DNA of 61,616 bases, filler included, from Choristocarpus tenellus KU-1152 (taxonomy: Eukaryota > Protista > Phaeophyceae): the NCBI GenBank assembly GCA_964200185.2. It is 10 parts of 10 records of this genome, joined end to end, with 100 filler letters (N's around TTAATTAATTAA, not from the genome) between each part and the next. Parts side by side here need not be neighbours in the genome. Positions count along the whole stretch, not along the records: positions 37,349 to 40,825 come from CAXNAD020019768.1; positions 40,926 to 44,400 come from CAXNAD020019784.1; positions 44,501 to 56,865 come from CAXNAD020001861.1; 7 more parts are not named here. The stretch is one strand, 5' to 3'. Numbering within the stretch: the stretch's first letter is position 1; every line of letters begins with the position of its first letter. The notes below the pieces were generated by a model. That model worked only from the letters and a program-made list of their open reading frames with translations, was not told where the DNA came from and made no database searches. Below, in pieces: positions 39,851-52,600 of this stretch. The translations under genes and the position numbers were made by a program.

Positions 39851-40482
39851 TTGTAGCTATACCTACTCCTCCTGTTGTACTGGCCGCCCTAGTGCAGCCT
39901 GCCCTCCTTGCTGGGTCCACGCAGCTTCCACCGCTGTAGCTACGGCCAAGGCCACATGCTCCCCTAACTGTACCTCGATCCTCGTTATTGTGAGGTTTAG
40001 AATAACATCATCAGGGACCAGGCTGTCAGCTATGGAATGAATGTGTCAATGTACTGTGCATGTTCCTCCTCACAGATGAACTGAGCAAACACCAGGTCCT
40101 CTGTCAGTTAATTGGACCAATCCCTTAACTTGGCAAATCGCCTGACATGACGGACCCATATCAAGATGACTGGAATTGAATACTTCATGTATACTATATT
40201 GTTGGAATACATTGCTACTACTACTTTTCTTCCATCACGAAATATCAAACAAATATCCATTAGTCGTGTTTCAAGGAGGCGTCGGTTAGGGCCTAGAAGT
40301 ATCGATTCTTGTTCCAATGAAGGAGGCGTCTGCTGGTCTTGATATATAATCGAAGCAGTTGTACAACACATCAACTCTGTTAGAGGCGTTCAACTTCCAG
40401 TCACCCCCTCTCTCGTATTCTTGTTTTTCTGAGTTTCCTCCACAGTGGTGTAGATACTTGTTGTGTATTAATTGAAGGCGTT

Positions 40483-40680
40483 ATGGTCGCCCCCCCTTCG
40501 AGAATCGAGGAGATGGAGGACTCCACAAGAAGTGGCGATAGGACCAAATTGCGTGTTGTCCTTAAAGGGCTGGTCGACTCAGCCGAAGACGAAAGGACCA
40601 ATGGAAACACCGCGTTTCGTGCTCGTAACATCGATGCAGCTGTCCAGTGCTACTCCAAGGCGTTACATACCCTTGAGAAG
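40483..40680 (+). CDS. TPR-domain protein, first exon (probable GC donor)
   Basis: AEDERTNGNTAFRARNIDAAVQCYSKAL is a typical co-chaperone-type TPR start; followed by AAG|GCAAGT. Confidence 0.7.
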
Positions 40681-40925
40681 GCAAGTTACCCGGACTGAGT
40701 GGGGGCATTTTTTTGTGACTTGGAACAAAGAAGGATCACAAGTTTCCAAAACTTGGTATGTCACCTAAGATTTGCTTGACGAAAGTGGATGCCCTGGATT
40801 GCTGAGGATTATTTACTGTGATGAGNNNNNNNNNNNNNNNNNNNNNNNNNNNNNNNNNNNNNNNNNNNNTTAATTAATTAANNNNNNNNNNNNNNNNNNN
40901 NNNNNNNNNNNNNNNNNNNNNNNNN

Positions 40926-40965
40926 CCAAAGGGACGCGGCTCTACCCTCTAAGATACTTTGACTC
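40926..40965 (+). mobile_element. MITE-A right end (contig start)
   Basis: Right TIR followed by GTTG. Confidence 0.9.
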
Positions 40966-41357
40966 GTTGGGTCTTCCACAAGGTATATAGGCGTGGATAC
41001 GCCACCAGCTACCGGTGTCTTCACCAGTGCAAAATTGCGGAAGGTGGAGAGTTCGTACATGAGGAGTTGGATACGATCCGGATCGAGGTTGTCCCTGAGG
41101 GTAGTGCATATGATTACGATGTCTCCTGGTCGGGTCTGGAGAAGGGCGACTTCTCTCTCGTGGGTGGCGATCGTTTCGAACTTGAACTTGTCAAGGTCGT
41201 GCTCGGACGTGGCGTTTTTCTCTGGTGTGATCACAATGTTAGTCGCTCATATTATCTCTGTGATGGTGGAGGAGTAGGCAAAGGACGTGGCGAAGTAGTA
41301 GGCAAAACAACGGGAAGAGGGGTTAGTGTTAGGAGGCAAGGGATGAGGTAGAGGTTG

Positions 41358-41616
41358 GAGTGAAAGTATCTTAGAGGGTAAGGGTTTTGCCCTGTTTGTC
41401 CATTTCGGGTTTGGCTTTCCATGTTGTTTTTTTTATGACATTTTCCTACTCCAAAATGTTTTGAGTAGGTAAAATGTATTTGTTATGAAAGGTGTGTCCG
41501 GAACATGGATATTGACACTTCCTGACAAACACGATAGCCAAAATTACATCAAAATCGCAACATTGGATTTTGACCCCCAAATGGACGTGGCTCTACTCTC
41601 TAAGATACGTTGGCTC
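41358..41616 (+). mobile_element. MITE-A copy
   Basis: Both TIRs; flanks GTTG/CCCA. Confidence 0.95.
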
Positions 41617-42064
41617 CCCACCGATCGCCCGAGGATCAAACAGAGTCGATTTCGGAACATTGGAAATGTACAATATCAATTAAGTATGTGATTGATATCC
41701 TAAAAAATACAAATCACTGATATTATTGGATTTAAAAAAATAGAAATCACGTATATAACCTGATTTGCAACTTCCGAAAAATGTAACGCATGGATTTTCA
41801 GGATTGGTGGGATCTCAGGGTGGTTCCACCGATCGCCTAAGGATCAAACAAAGTTGATTTCGGAACATTGGAAATGTACAATATCAATTAAGTATGTGAT
41901 TGGTATCTTAAAAAATACAAATCACTGATATTATTGGATTTAAACAAAATAGAAATCATGGATATAACGTGATTTACAACTTCCAAAAAATGTAACGCAA
42001 GGATTTTCAGGATCAGTGGGATCTCAGGGTAGTCCCACCGATCGCCCAAGGATCAAACAAAGTT
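41617..42064. repeat. Tandem repeat, ~208-209 bp unit, ~2.1 copies
   Basis: CCACCGATCGCC..GGATCAAAC recurs at 41618, 41826, 42035. Confidence 0.95.
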
Positions 42065-42123
42065 CATACGCTCGTCTTGGAATATAATCACTCCTACACC
42101 TTCTCACTGCCCAAGACCGCCTG

Positions 42124-44400
42124 TTGCTCGAAAAGACCATGCCAGTGCCAGTTGCTTCCACATCAAGGGGGTGGCTTTTGACGCCTACGTCTCCCCCCGT
42201 GTTGCCCCCTCACCAGGCGGCCAACAATGATGCACTGGAGCTTCATGCCAATAACGCTTCAGCGACTGGCGCCAAGATTCGCCAACAATGGGCTGGACCC
42301 ACCCCGGTCAACGAACAGAATGACTGCTGCAAGCACTCAGCCTGTGTGGAAAAGTTCGCAACAGATGGCGAGTCCTTCCTTGCATGCACCTTGGCCAAAG
42401 AGCAGGACATTATCCGGGCGTGTGAGAACTGCCGCGATCGCAAGCACTTCGTTGGCGACCGTATACCTGTGATTAAGTTGGGACCTGGATGTGGATCTGT
42501 GCTCGCGGCCGGCATTCCCATCTATACGAAATTTTTCAAGGCATCGTTCGGGGTATCCAATCATGTCATCGACGTCTGCAAAGGTACACCCAACGCAAGA
42601 GCATCCGCCGGCGTGGAGAGGTAGGTTTGAAGTATGTACACAGTGTCACTTGTACCCGGTATTATTTCCCCCCTGCTTGAACACCCAATAGTAGTCCTAT
42701 CCGAGAACAATCTGATCCGACCGTACTCACCCAGTTCACTTTGCAGTTACCATGCCTAGATGTCTGATATATAAAGCTAGAGATCCCTCAAGCGTGGAGT
42801 AATGAGACTGACCTATGTATGTATATGCACGTGCGATATGTTTTCATGATTCAACAATATCATCTCATCCGACCGTCCCCACACTGCTGCATCATGTACC
42901 ACGCGTAAATATCTACAGATTATATGATCCGCTGCTGGCATACGATACCTCAAGGATTCCATCTCCCGTCCCTCGTATCCACCTCCAACACATCTCCCAT
43001 CCATTCATATACATACGTGCGCTACTACAACAGGAACCGCACGAACAAAAATAAGGGCATGGGTCCGAATCGAGACCTGGTGATGTCCTGGATAGACTAC
43101 TGGGCTGATACATACGGGCAGTTCATGCCTCAAAAGACAACAATTGTGATGTACGCCGCAAACAAACAGGTCGGTTTTGCCCTTGGTTGTGGAGAGGTTG
43201 GCTGCACCCTGTGTTGGAGTTAGATGCAAACAGTGTGACCCTGCAGTATGTAGAAAAGGTGGATCTAAGTAGTATTTCGAGCGGTGGATGTTCACTACCT
43301 TGACCGGTTTGATATTATGGTTAAAAGAACATAACACAAACTCGCTGAATACCAGTCACCAAGCAACTAACAGAACGGTCTTTAGTTTTGGTTTGTGTGT
43401 TGCAACCTGCATGTATTATGGCAGTGATGTAGAGATTGCACTCTAGCAATACTGGAAACCTACCCTGTTCCCCCACGAAACGCGGCAAAAAGGGCTGACA
43501 TATTGGCCTCACGCCCATCCCTCCCTCACTCCCAACTCCCCAAACTGGCCAGGTCGACAACTGCGTCTCAGAGAACAAAAACAATTTCTTTCTCGGATAC
43601 GCGGGGCTATTGGTTGCGGCGAGTGTCATTCATGTGGTCGAGATACATTTTATGATGGTGGGGCACACGCACATCAAAATCGATCAGATCTTCTCCAGGT
43701 AATAAGATGTGCAAGTTCGATAGTCACATAGTGTTTCTATATGGACAGATACTGCCTCGAGGCTTGCAGCTCACACTTGTTGCATTCCTGGAAGATTTAT
43801 GGTCGTACGCTGTAATTGATTGATTGGCTTTTGATTTCCCCAAAACAAAATTGAACGATAAGAGCAGCTGTCAAAACTGTTTCGTAGCATACTCTCGAAA
43901 CAAAACAGTGAAAAAAAATGTATGCATCACCCCTTTTTATATCTATACTTCCATATACACGCGTCAGAGCATGTGCCTGCATATATATCTTGCTTCTCCA
44001 CTTCGCTTCTTTCACCCCCGCCTCGAAATTAACTTGCTTGCATTTTACCTTCAGGTTCGCATGTGGGATAAAAGGCAAAAACATATTCACAAGAACACAG
44101 CTAGGTGAAGAGCTGCAGGCCTCTTACACGGAGGTTCCCGTATACTACAAGACCCTGCGGAACGAGGGCAATTTCAAGGGACTCCTTCACAGTAGCGTCA
44201 ACCATGTCCCCAACATCACGAGCTACAAGGCTTTTCGCGTTGAAAAAGGCGGTGATGGGCAGGTGAAGGTTAGCGTAAAGCAATACATGCACAGCATAGA
44301 ATGGAGTGGGATAGGCGGAGACCTTGCTATGGACCCCAACGCCCCTCCGCACGACCTCTTCATCGGTCACCCGCCTCGTATGCAAGATGCACCACCCTAC
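42124..44400 (+). mobile_element. Spliced Sola1/DUF7869-like DDD transposase, internally deleted (segments ~42124-42620, ~43054-43169, 43553-43698, 44055-44400)
   Basis: CC..AC...KFFKASFGVS; WIDYWADTYGQFMP; VDNCVSENKN...FMMVGHTHIKIDQIFS|RFACG with phase-consistent GT-AG. Confidence 0.8.
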
Positions 44401-44598
44401 NNNNNNNNNNNNNNNNNNNNNNNNNNNNNNNNNNNNNNNNNNNNTTAATTAATTAANNNNNNNNNNNNNNNNNNNNNNNNNNNNNNNNNNNNNNNNNNNN
44501 CCTATCCCGCCCCTCCCCTCCCTACAACCCCCCCCCCCCCCCCCCAACTTGTGCCTTGCCTCTACTCTGTGCAATCCAACACTACATGCTGGCAACAG

Positions 44599-47500
44599 AC
44601 TCACAACCCGCTAAGGGGCATGTATGATGCAATCTTCAGGCCGGACAGGTCCCCTGTACCACCCCCACATCTCCGCCGCCGCTTCCACCAGTGGCAAGGT
44701 CAGTAGCGCCTCAGAGCCCTTGTCACTCTCTTGAAATATCACCAATAGCAACAGCTTTGGCCAGCAGGGGGAGGGAGAGCAGGGGAAGGTGACCCTGACG
44801 AAACATCCTCATTATTTTCCTCTCCTCAGGATCAGCACCAAGCTCCAGAAGAAGAGGGTGTTTTTCACAGCAGTGAGTGTCTAACAGTTGGAGAGGCGGT
44901 GTGGCTGTACACAGTAGGGGCTGCTATTGCAGCAGGGGAAGAAAGGCACCTAGGACGGTTGGAGCCTGGTTTCTTGGCGGATCTTACAGTGTTGGATGAT
45001 GTCAAGCTCATCAAGGACCCTAGGTAGGATGCCCTAGCTCCCATCGAACCTATGGTTGCCCTGGAATAGTCTTGTAACTTGTAGCAATTGTCAATCAAAA
45101 CCGTGTTTAAAATCAAAAATGAAAATCGGGGGGCAATTATCGAGATTTTTTTTTTCATGTGTGTTTTCTGCTTGCAGGGCCCCGTTGTGGTCAACACTTT
45201 GCATAGGGTTGGGTTATACTTGGGGAAGTATTGTACTCATAAACGGTTTCAATTCACAAGACTATTATTAACACCATTCAGGACACAAACACTAGTGAGT
45301 CGGTGCAACAATCCGTCTCAGGCGCCGTTTTTATAGGTACTCTACAATACTATCATTTAGTGGGTGTGACATATTGTATCTCCTGGAAAAAAAATATATA
45401 TATATATATCAAAAGCACGTTTTCAGAGGTATTATTAGCAACAACAGCGGCGTGTACACTTGCTAAAATAAATGCTGCCTAACGAAGTAATGGAGGGATG
45501 AAGTCACATTGTAGACATTAGGTGTGAATGCGTCAGAACTTAGCGGTCGTGTTTGCCCCTCAGATTGTATCGACTAAACTATGGAAGGTGTCTCCGTTTT
45601 GACCCGCATTAAGGTTGTGCTTGACAGATTGCTGACATTTGGTGACCACTGTCCACTCTAATTCCGTTCTATGGGAGGATATCATTCTCACAACTGTACA
45701 CACCGTCACAGTTGATAGTGTGTTTTTTAGTGAGTCTGCTCGCCGTCGCTATTGTTCTGATTGATGTTCATTGTCTTGAAGATGTGCTCACTCTCATACC
45801 AGAGTGTAGAAGCCAACAATAATCCCCATCTATTGTTAAACCATGCGAAAACAATGGCGCCTATGTATGGGAGAGCTCTTGTACTATCGAGGTAAAGGTA
45901 GTCCTGAGCTTGACATATGGATATTTCAAGGGAGTATTCTCGCCCCCATACTCTTCAACATCTTGTTACATCTTGTTTGCTGTGGTGTGTTAAGCATAAC
46001 GGTGAAGGAGTTCAACTCTGACCCAGTCATCTCGAAGGACCTAGTTGTCATCAAGGGAGCTGCAGAAAGCTACCAGTCCAGAGGACAAGGAGTGACAGTG
46101 AGTGAGTGGGGTGTCATTTGAGCAACCCCTTCAGGTAATGCTCTATGCTGAGGATGCAGGCATTGTGTGCAAGACCCAGAGGAAGTTTGGCCAGGATAAT
46201 AACTGTGGTCTTGAAGGTGGCCAGGTCATTTGAGCTGATTGTACCTGAATACAAGACAGAGACCATGCCCCTTCGTTCTCCCAACAAGCCCGCAGCTATC
46301 GTAGACATTCAAGCTTTGGGTCATAGATACAAGCAGACTGACAAGTTTGATTTCCTTGGACACACCATCCAGCAGTGATGAAGTTTATATCACTGCCAAG
46401 ATCAGTTGATGGCTTTATAAAGCATAGGGCTGTTTCCACAAATGCAATCAAAGAGTCTATGACATAACCACAGATGGTGTATCAGTTGAGCTTAATTTTG
46501 GAATGCTCAAGGCTGAAGTACCTGAGGCCCTGTTACATGGTTGTGTGATGTGGATACTCTGCCAGGTCCACTGTATGAAACCTTCCTTGCTCTCACCATC
46601 ACACATCATCCTACAAAGATGCCCACCCTTGTGAAGACTGGGTGCAACAATATTGAGGCAACTGTGCAAAAGCAGACAATTCTGTTTGCAGGGTCAGTTA
46701 CACGCATGGAAGGTGAGAAACTTCCAAAAGAACTGATATTTGGGGGACTTGGGCAGATGGAAAATGGAAGCAAGGTGGGGAGGAGAACAGCTGATGGATT
46801 TGTCTGCAAGATGAACTTGAGAAGTTTGGGATTATGGTCGAGGAATGGAGTGCAAGGGCAACAAACCAACTTAAGTGGAACTAGCAATGTGTTGAATGGA
46901 ACAAATAGTTTAATGGACAATTGGAATGGAACTAGCAATGCAGGACATGCTACAAGAGGTGACCATACCTCATGCTGAAGCAGCAGCTAAGGCAGCCCAA
47001 GCAACTCAGCCCACATACACAATCGTCACTACCTTCTGAATGCTGCTTTTCTGCATCTGTCTCTTTTCTTTTGGGAGAGTATATTATTCTTATTCTTGCA
47101 TCTCTCTTTCCTATATATATGTATGTGGCGTGTGATGAGTGCTATTCGGACTGGATGGATCCGGTCTAACACTGCATCTTCTTCTTTTCCCCTGATTTCT
47201 CATGGGATGTAAGGGACCTGGTGATGTGTGACGACACTACTGACATCCTACCCCAAATGTTGTGTGTTACACTAAGCCTGGGTTTCTCTTCATTACCCTG
47301 AGTAGCGACACTTAGAGGGGGGTTTTCCTACAACGTTTCAGTTATTTTTTCTACAGTACTTCAGATAGTCTCAAGCAGTGTGTGCTGCCTTCCCCTGGCT
47401 ATGTTTTCAGTGTAGGTCTGAGTCCCCTCAGACTAATGTGAATAGTAATAATAATCTGCACCTTTTTCTGCCTCATTACCTGTGTCCAATCTATCTCGGT

Positions 47501-47943
47501 GTAAGTCTCCTGGCATAGCCAACACTTGCCGGGTATTATCTATTATTGTGGTTTCTACTTCTATCCCACCTCCCTGCCTGTGTGTGAGATTCACAATGAT
47601 TGCCAGAGTGCTGTTTATCCTTCAAGATTGTCTCCCTTTCTTTCACCCAATCACCTGGGACCTCTTTTTCTCAGCTGCCTTACTATTTCCCCCCAATCTC
47701 CCATCTGCATCAAACCCAAAAAGGCGCCTTCTCACAACCAAGATCCAGCAAGTGTGGGTTGGAGGCATACTGAGGTGGTGTGCTCAGTCTGAAGAGGAAG
47801 AATCCAAAACCTCCACAGGTAGAGGTACTGTAGTAGAAGGGAGTGGAATGCCTGGTAAGGGTGGGAAGAAGCGCCCCAAGGCTGGGAAGGGCATGCTGTC
47901 AGGTGGCTTTGGGCGTTCTGGGCGTTGCCGCTGCTGCTTGTAA
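44599..47943 (+). CDS. Amidohydrolase-3 (YtcJ/LAF3-like) 3' part; exons ~44599-44698, ~44830-45023, 47724-47943 (first junction uncertain)
   Basis: HNPLRGMYDAIFR; ECLTVGEAVWLYTVGAAIAAGEERHLGRLEPGFLADLTVLD; phase-2 join to RLLTTKIQQVWVGG, stop at 47943. Confidence 0.8.
45830..46960 (+). mobile_element. RTE-clade LINE relic inside the amidohydrolase intron
   Basis: QGSILAPILFNI, LYAEDAGIV, KTETM, FDFLG, LKAEVPEALLHGC, IEATVQKQTILFAGSVTRMEGEKLPKELIFG. Confidence 0.85.
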
Positions 47944-49644
47944 TGCAATAAATTGATGAACATGGGATTAGTGCCTTCAGTTTAACATGTGCACACCTGG
48001 AAAAAGTACAACCTTGGAGCGGGCAGCCTTACACCTGTGTTTACATTAGAGTAAGGTAGACACTATTTGGGGTGACTGTGCTTTTGATGATCTTGCTGCA
48101 AATACCTCCAAAGAAATAGGAATACACAGTTTTCTGGATTAAATGTGCCTTACCTCATACAGTATATAACCTGATGACCTTAGTGCTCTGAGGTATCAGC
48201 TGCAATCTTTCGGGATAATTAAGTAGATACTGTATGTCAGTCTATCCCCTCCCCCCCTCATCTCTCCAACAAGGCTCTCACTTTTGCCACTCCTATTTCC
48301 AACGTACATACGCATTTTGTTCACATCTCTAGATCTACCTAATATTTCTAAAGATAAGGCAGACCCCTTGAGTATGCTTGTTGCCGGAGATGTTAACCAA
48401 ACTACCGTAGTCATTACTTGTCACCCACACTCCCTCGCCCTCTCTGGTATTTCACATTTTTATTTTAGATCTCGATCTAAAGTCAGTTCTGACCCTGCCC
48501 ACTTCAAAGCAGTTCAGATTGAATGAATTGTCCCCCACCCTCTGCTCTCTGTACTCAAACCTCAAGCTGTAGTATAGACAAGACAGTGGACTGTGACTGT
48601 CTATCTGCAACAACAGCAAGCCCTGAGTTCGTGAATACTTCATAGTACCTTCTGAAGGAATACATCATTCACTCAATCCAACCTTTTGGGGAGGTTTCAA
48701 CTTTGGTCTTGTCTGGCCAGGTACCAAGTATTGGGATGGGTATGTGAAAGTCAAAATTCTGGATAACTTACACCTCAATCCTGACCTGGCACAAAGTAAC
48801 ATCTCAAGCAATCAAGAAGAGCACAATGCAGTGAAACACAACACACAATGCTTGACTATGCTCTCAAACTTCTCTTGCCCACCACCCACTCAGAATCCCC
48901 ACATAAATGATAAATGGGCTTATCATGATGACTAAGTGTCATTGTCCTTTCTCTCAAAAGAACAGAATTGAAAGACTTTTCCCTGAGCACAGTTGCAATG
49001 ACGTCATCCAAAATGGTGCTATCAGAAAACCCCCAAAGCAACAAGAACAAACAACACTTTTTAAGTATATCAATACAATACAATGTCTGAAAATTCTCTT
49101 GCACATATCCTAAAAGATTTTGGTTGGGCAGAGTGTCATATGCAACTTTCCCATCAACAACCATCGCTCGTCAAATGAAGACACTTCAATGACATGATGT
49201 CTGTGGGGGGTAATCCCCTTTCTCTACAGAGTAGTCAACACTCCATCCCCTCATACGCTACATTTGATACTATTTAAAGTGCTTTTTACAGCACAAAATT
49301 CAAGGGACAAACAAAAGTACCTACTACTCTCTCTTGTGTTGTGTGTGGTGATGACTACCTAGATCCAGCATGACAAACATTATCACTCTACAACAGTTCA
49401 TACTCTCCGTAGGTCACAGAACTGGCATATAGGTCATAAATACAAGCACTGATGATTCACCAATTTAAAAAAAGAAACATCGGTGATTTAACTCTCTTCA
49501 CACAATGAAAATCAATACACAGGTCAGGAAATATCCCTGTACAGTACACTTCACAAGCCTTCCTGCAGTTCAGCTCATGTTTACATTCCATCTTTAGATA
49601 ATGATGACAGTGGTCACAACTAATGTGCTTTTCAAAGTGAGCCA

Positions 49645-52600
49645 TCAATGGTGACCGTGACTGTGATCATGGGAATAGTGTTCTCCATGCCAGTGGGAGT
49701 GAGAGTGACCATGGTCTGCATGGCTGCCACCACCATGCTCATGGGAGTGCCCTTGAGCATGTTGTGCTTGGGCATGAGCTGCCATGTGATGATGTCCCTG
49801 AATAGATATTGTTGGAGGGAAAGTATTAATGTGTCAATTGCATTTGGGAGTCACAAAAATTTCAGTTCAATATTTCCTGACTATCAAAAGAGTTAAGCAG
49901 CATCTCCAGTTGACAGAATTTCCACCAAAGTAACATGTCAAGAGTTTTGCACATAGTAAAAAATATTTGTTGGTGTGTGCAAGATGCACTAAATTTTGGA
50001 GTACAAAAAAAATAATGTGCAACATACACGCTATTCTTTTCATCCAACAAATCCTTCCAACAGACACAATGCATACATCAAAGCCTCAAAACTGGAACAC
50101 AGAAAGAACCCCTTGGCAGAAATCGTAACCCCCTGTCACCATAGTATGATCTTGCTGTCAATCTGCACCCCATGCCTGCAACAAGTGTATCCGGGAGTGT
50201 AAGCCAAAGGCTCTCCCAGAGATCGCTGATACAACTTCAAAATTACAGGACACCTTTCTGCAAACATCCCTTTATACTCTGTAGTAGTACCTCAACTTAT
50301 CACCATACTTAAAATAACCCACGAAGCTGTCGCAAAACTAGGCCCCTCCTTTCCTCGTTAGCTCTACACAATGCATGCAATACATCATTCTATGCTATCA
50401 AAACACACAATAAAAGCAATTGCACCATTGTGTACTGTACTTAGTTGGGCACTTCAGAGCCGCATATGATATTCCCTCACATAATGACAAAGTCACACAC
50501 ATTTTCTTCAGCAGTGGTCATTTCGTTTTACACATCAGTTCATAAAGACAATGGCAAACCTTGATTGCTAAAACATCGTACAGGGTTGGTCAGCCTGTAA
50601 TTTGTAGCCCAGAGCAAACTTGGCAAAATAACACAACTACAACAGGCTACAGCACATGCAAGAACGATTTATGCACATAAAAATGCATACAACTTTAGCA
50701 AAAAAGAAATATACTAACTTGCTCACACTAACCCATTTTATAGTCCACAGAGTCAACCACACACCTAAACTGTACCTCTAGTCAAGGACAACAATATACT
50801 CCACACTCCCCCCACAAATGAGAATAAACAAATCAATGGTAATGAGCTGTTGACACATATTTCCATATTCCTACCCATAATTATATAGATTCCTACTAGT
50901 ACTACACAGTTCAACCAAAACATACAATACAACACACATGGAAAAACCTCAATCTTATCTCTCCCACTCACCATGTGCCCCTGCCTGTGGCAATGCTCAC
51001 CATGAGCGCAGCTTTGACCATGGTCAGGGCCACTGCCATTATGTCTAAAAGTCAACATCTGCAACTTGGCCATCTCCCATTGCTCCTTCAGATAGGAGAA
51101 CACCATAGGGAAAGGACAAGTTTGGAACACAATCTTCAATTTGGAACTATAGAGAGGAGGAGGAACGTTTGAGCAGCAACAAGAGTATGCTGGAAAAGGG
51201 TATCAAAGCCTTGTCTTCATTTCCACAGAATGGCCCACGACAGATTATTAGACTACGCAGAACTATACACAAAGTACACTTGAAACTGTCACAATTTTTT
51301 ATCAAGTCCACCTACGAAGGCGCCATCATAATTCTTTCTTGAGGAAACTAGCAACCTCTCCAAACACACGCCACATACACTTCAAAAAGGCATACACAAA
51401 ACAAATAGTCCTTAGTAAAATAGTTCTGGTCAAGGGGCATTAGTGCTACACATTATCCTCCAACAAAACAAAAGAGCCAAACTAATTGAGAGGTGGGCAA
51501 GCATTTTAAGGATCCCAAGAAATGGGAAAAAGTCGCCATTTTGTACCATTGCAAAAAGAGCCTTTGCTGAGTTGTTCTATTACTTTGTGCATGGAAAGAG
51601 GGAAACCAGCAATGAAATGAAAGGAAAACAATTCTGCGTACACGATTGTGAAAATGAACCAGCAATGACATAGAGTGTATTGCATAGGGTGTAGAAAAGA
51701 TGGCTCATACTTCATAAGAGCCCAAACCTGCCTGCCTCTCAATTTCTTTGGCTCAAAACCAACCAACGCTGCTCTATTCTGCACCACACCTTACAGTCAA
51801 GCACGACAGGATGGGGGGGTAGGGGGGGGGAACACAAACAGGAGCTGCACATTAATATCACACCCTGGAGCATGGTCTGTGTGTACCACAGCCAATTGAC
51901 CAGTGCACAACCTTATCTCACCTTCTCCGATATGGACAAGATGTACTTGGTCCTCTCACTGGGGTTCTTGATGGCCATCACTGCCTTTGCATGCTTGCGT
52001 TGTATCTCCGCAGCACGCTTAACAAGCTGCTCCTTCTCCTCGGGTGACATAGCATTCAACTCCATCATCATCTGCTGCTCCTTCATGGAAGAAACCTACT
52101 AACAAGAGACCATGTCATCAACCTACATATTAGCCATGGTTAGGCAAGTGTGTTATATATATATCATGTTCTATCACTTCAACTGTGCCACAAAGCATGC
52201 TCATGAAATTATTACTGAGTCCCGTTTTATCGATCAACATGCCCCAAAGATACATACACAAAAGTCTGTATGAGCCATAACCATGACAGTACCTGCTGTT
52301 TGGGTCGACTCACCACATCTAGGTAGAAGAGTATGATACATTGCATATCGTTGTGCAGAGTCACTTTATATCATATACCCCCCCCACCTTCCCCCCACAT
52401 CTCCCCCCCACCAAACTGCATCCTTCCCTCCCCCCTCTTCCTACAACCTTTGCTCACTTTTGACATCTACAGTCCCTCCCTCACCTGCTGCATCTGAGCC
52501 TGCTTTCTCATCTCCTCCTTCCCGATCATTGCCTCCTGCCTGGCCATACTCGAGCTGTTCCACAAAGGACAAAAGAGTGTAACACACAGAGCATCACTAG

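Noticed and set aside
41617-42064. CRISPR-like array (also the 13456 and 26338 minisatellites)
   Set aside because: Whole units repeat with no unique spacers, no cas genes, eukaryotic context.
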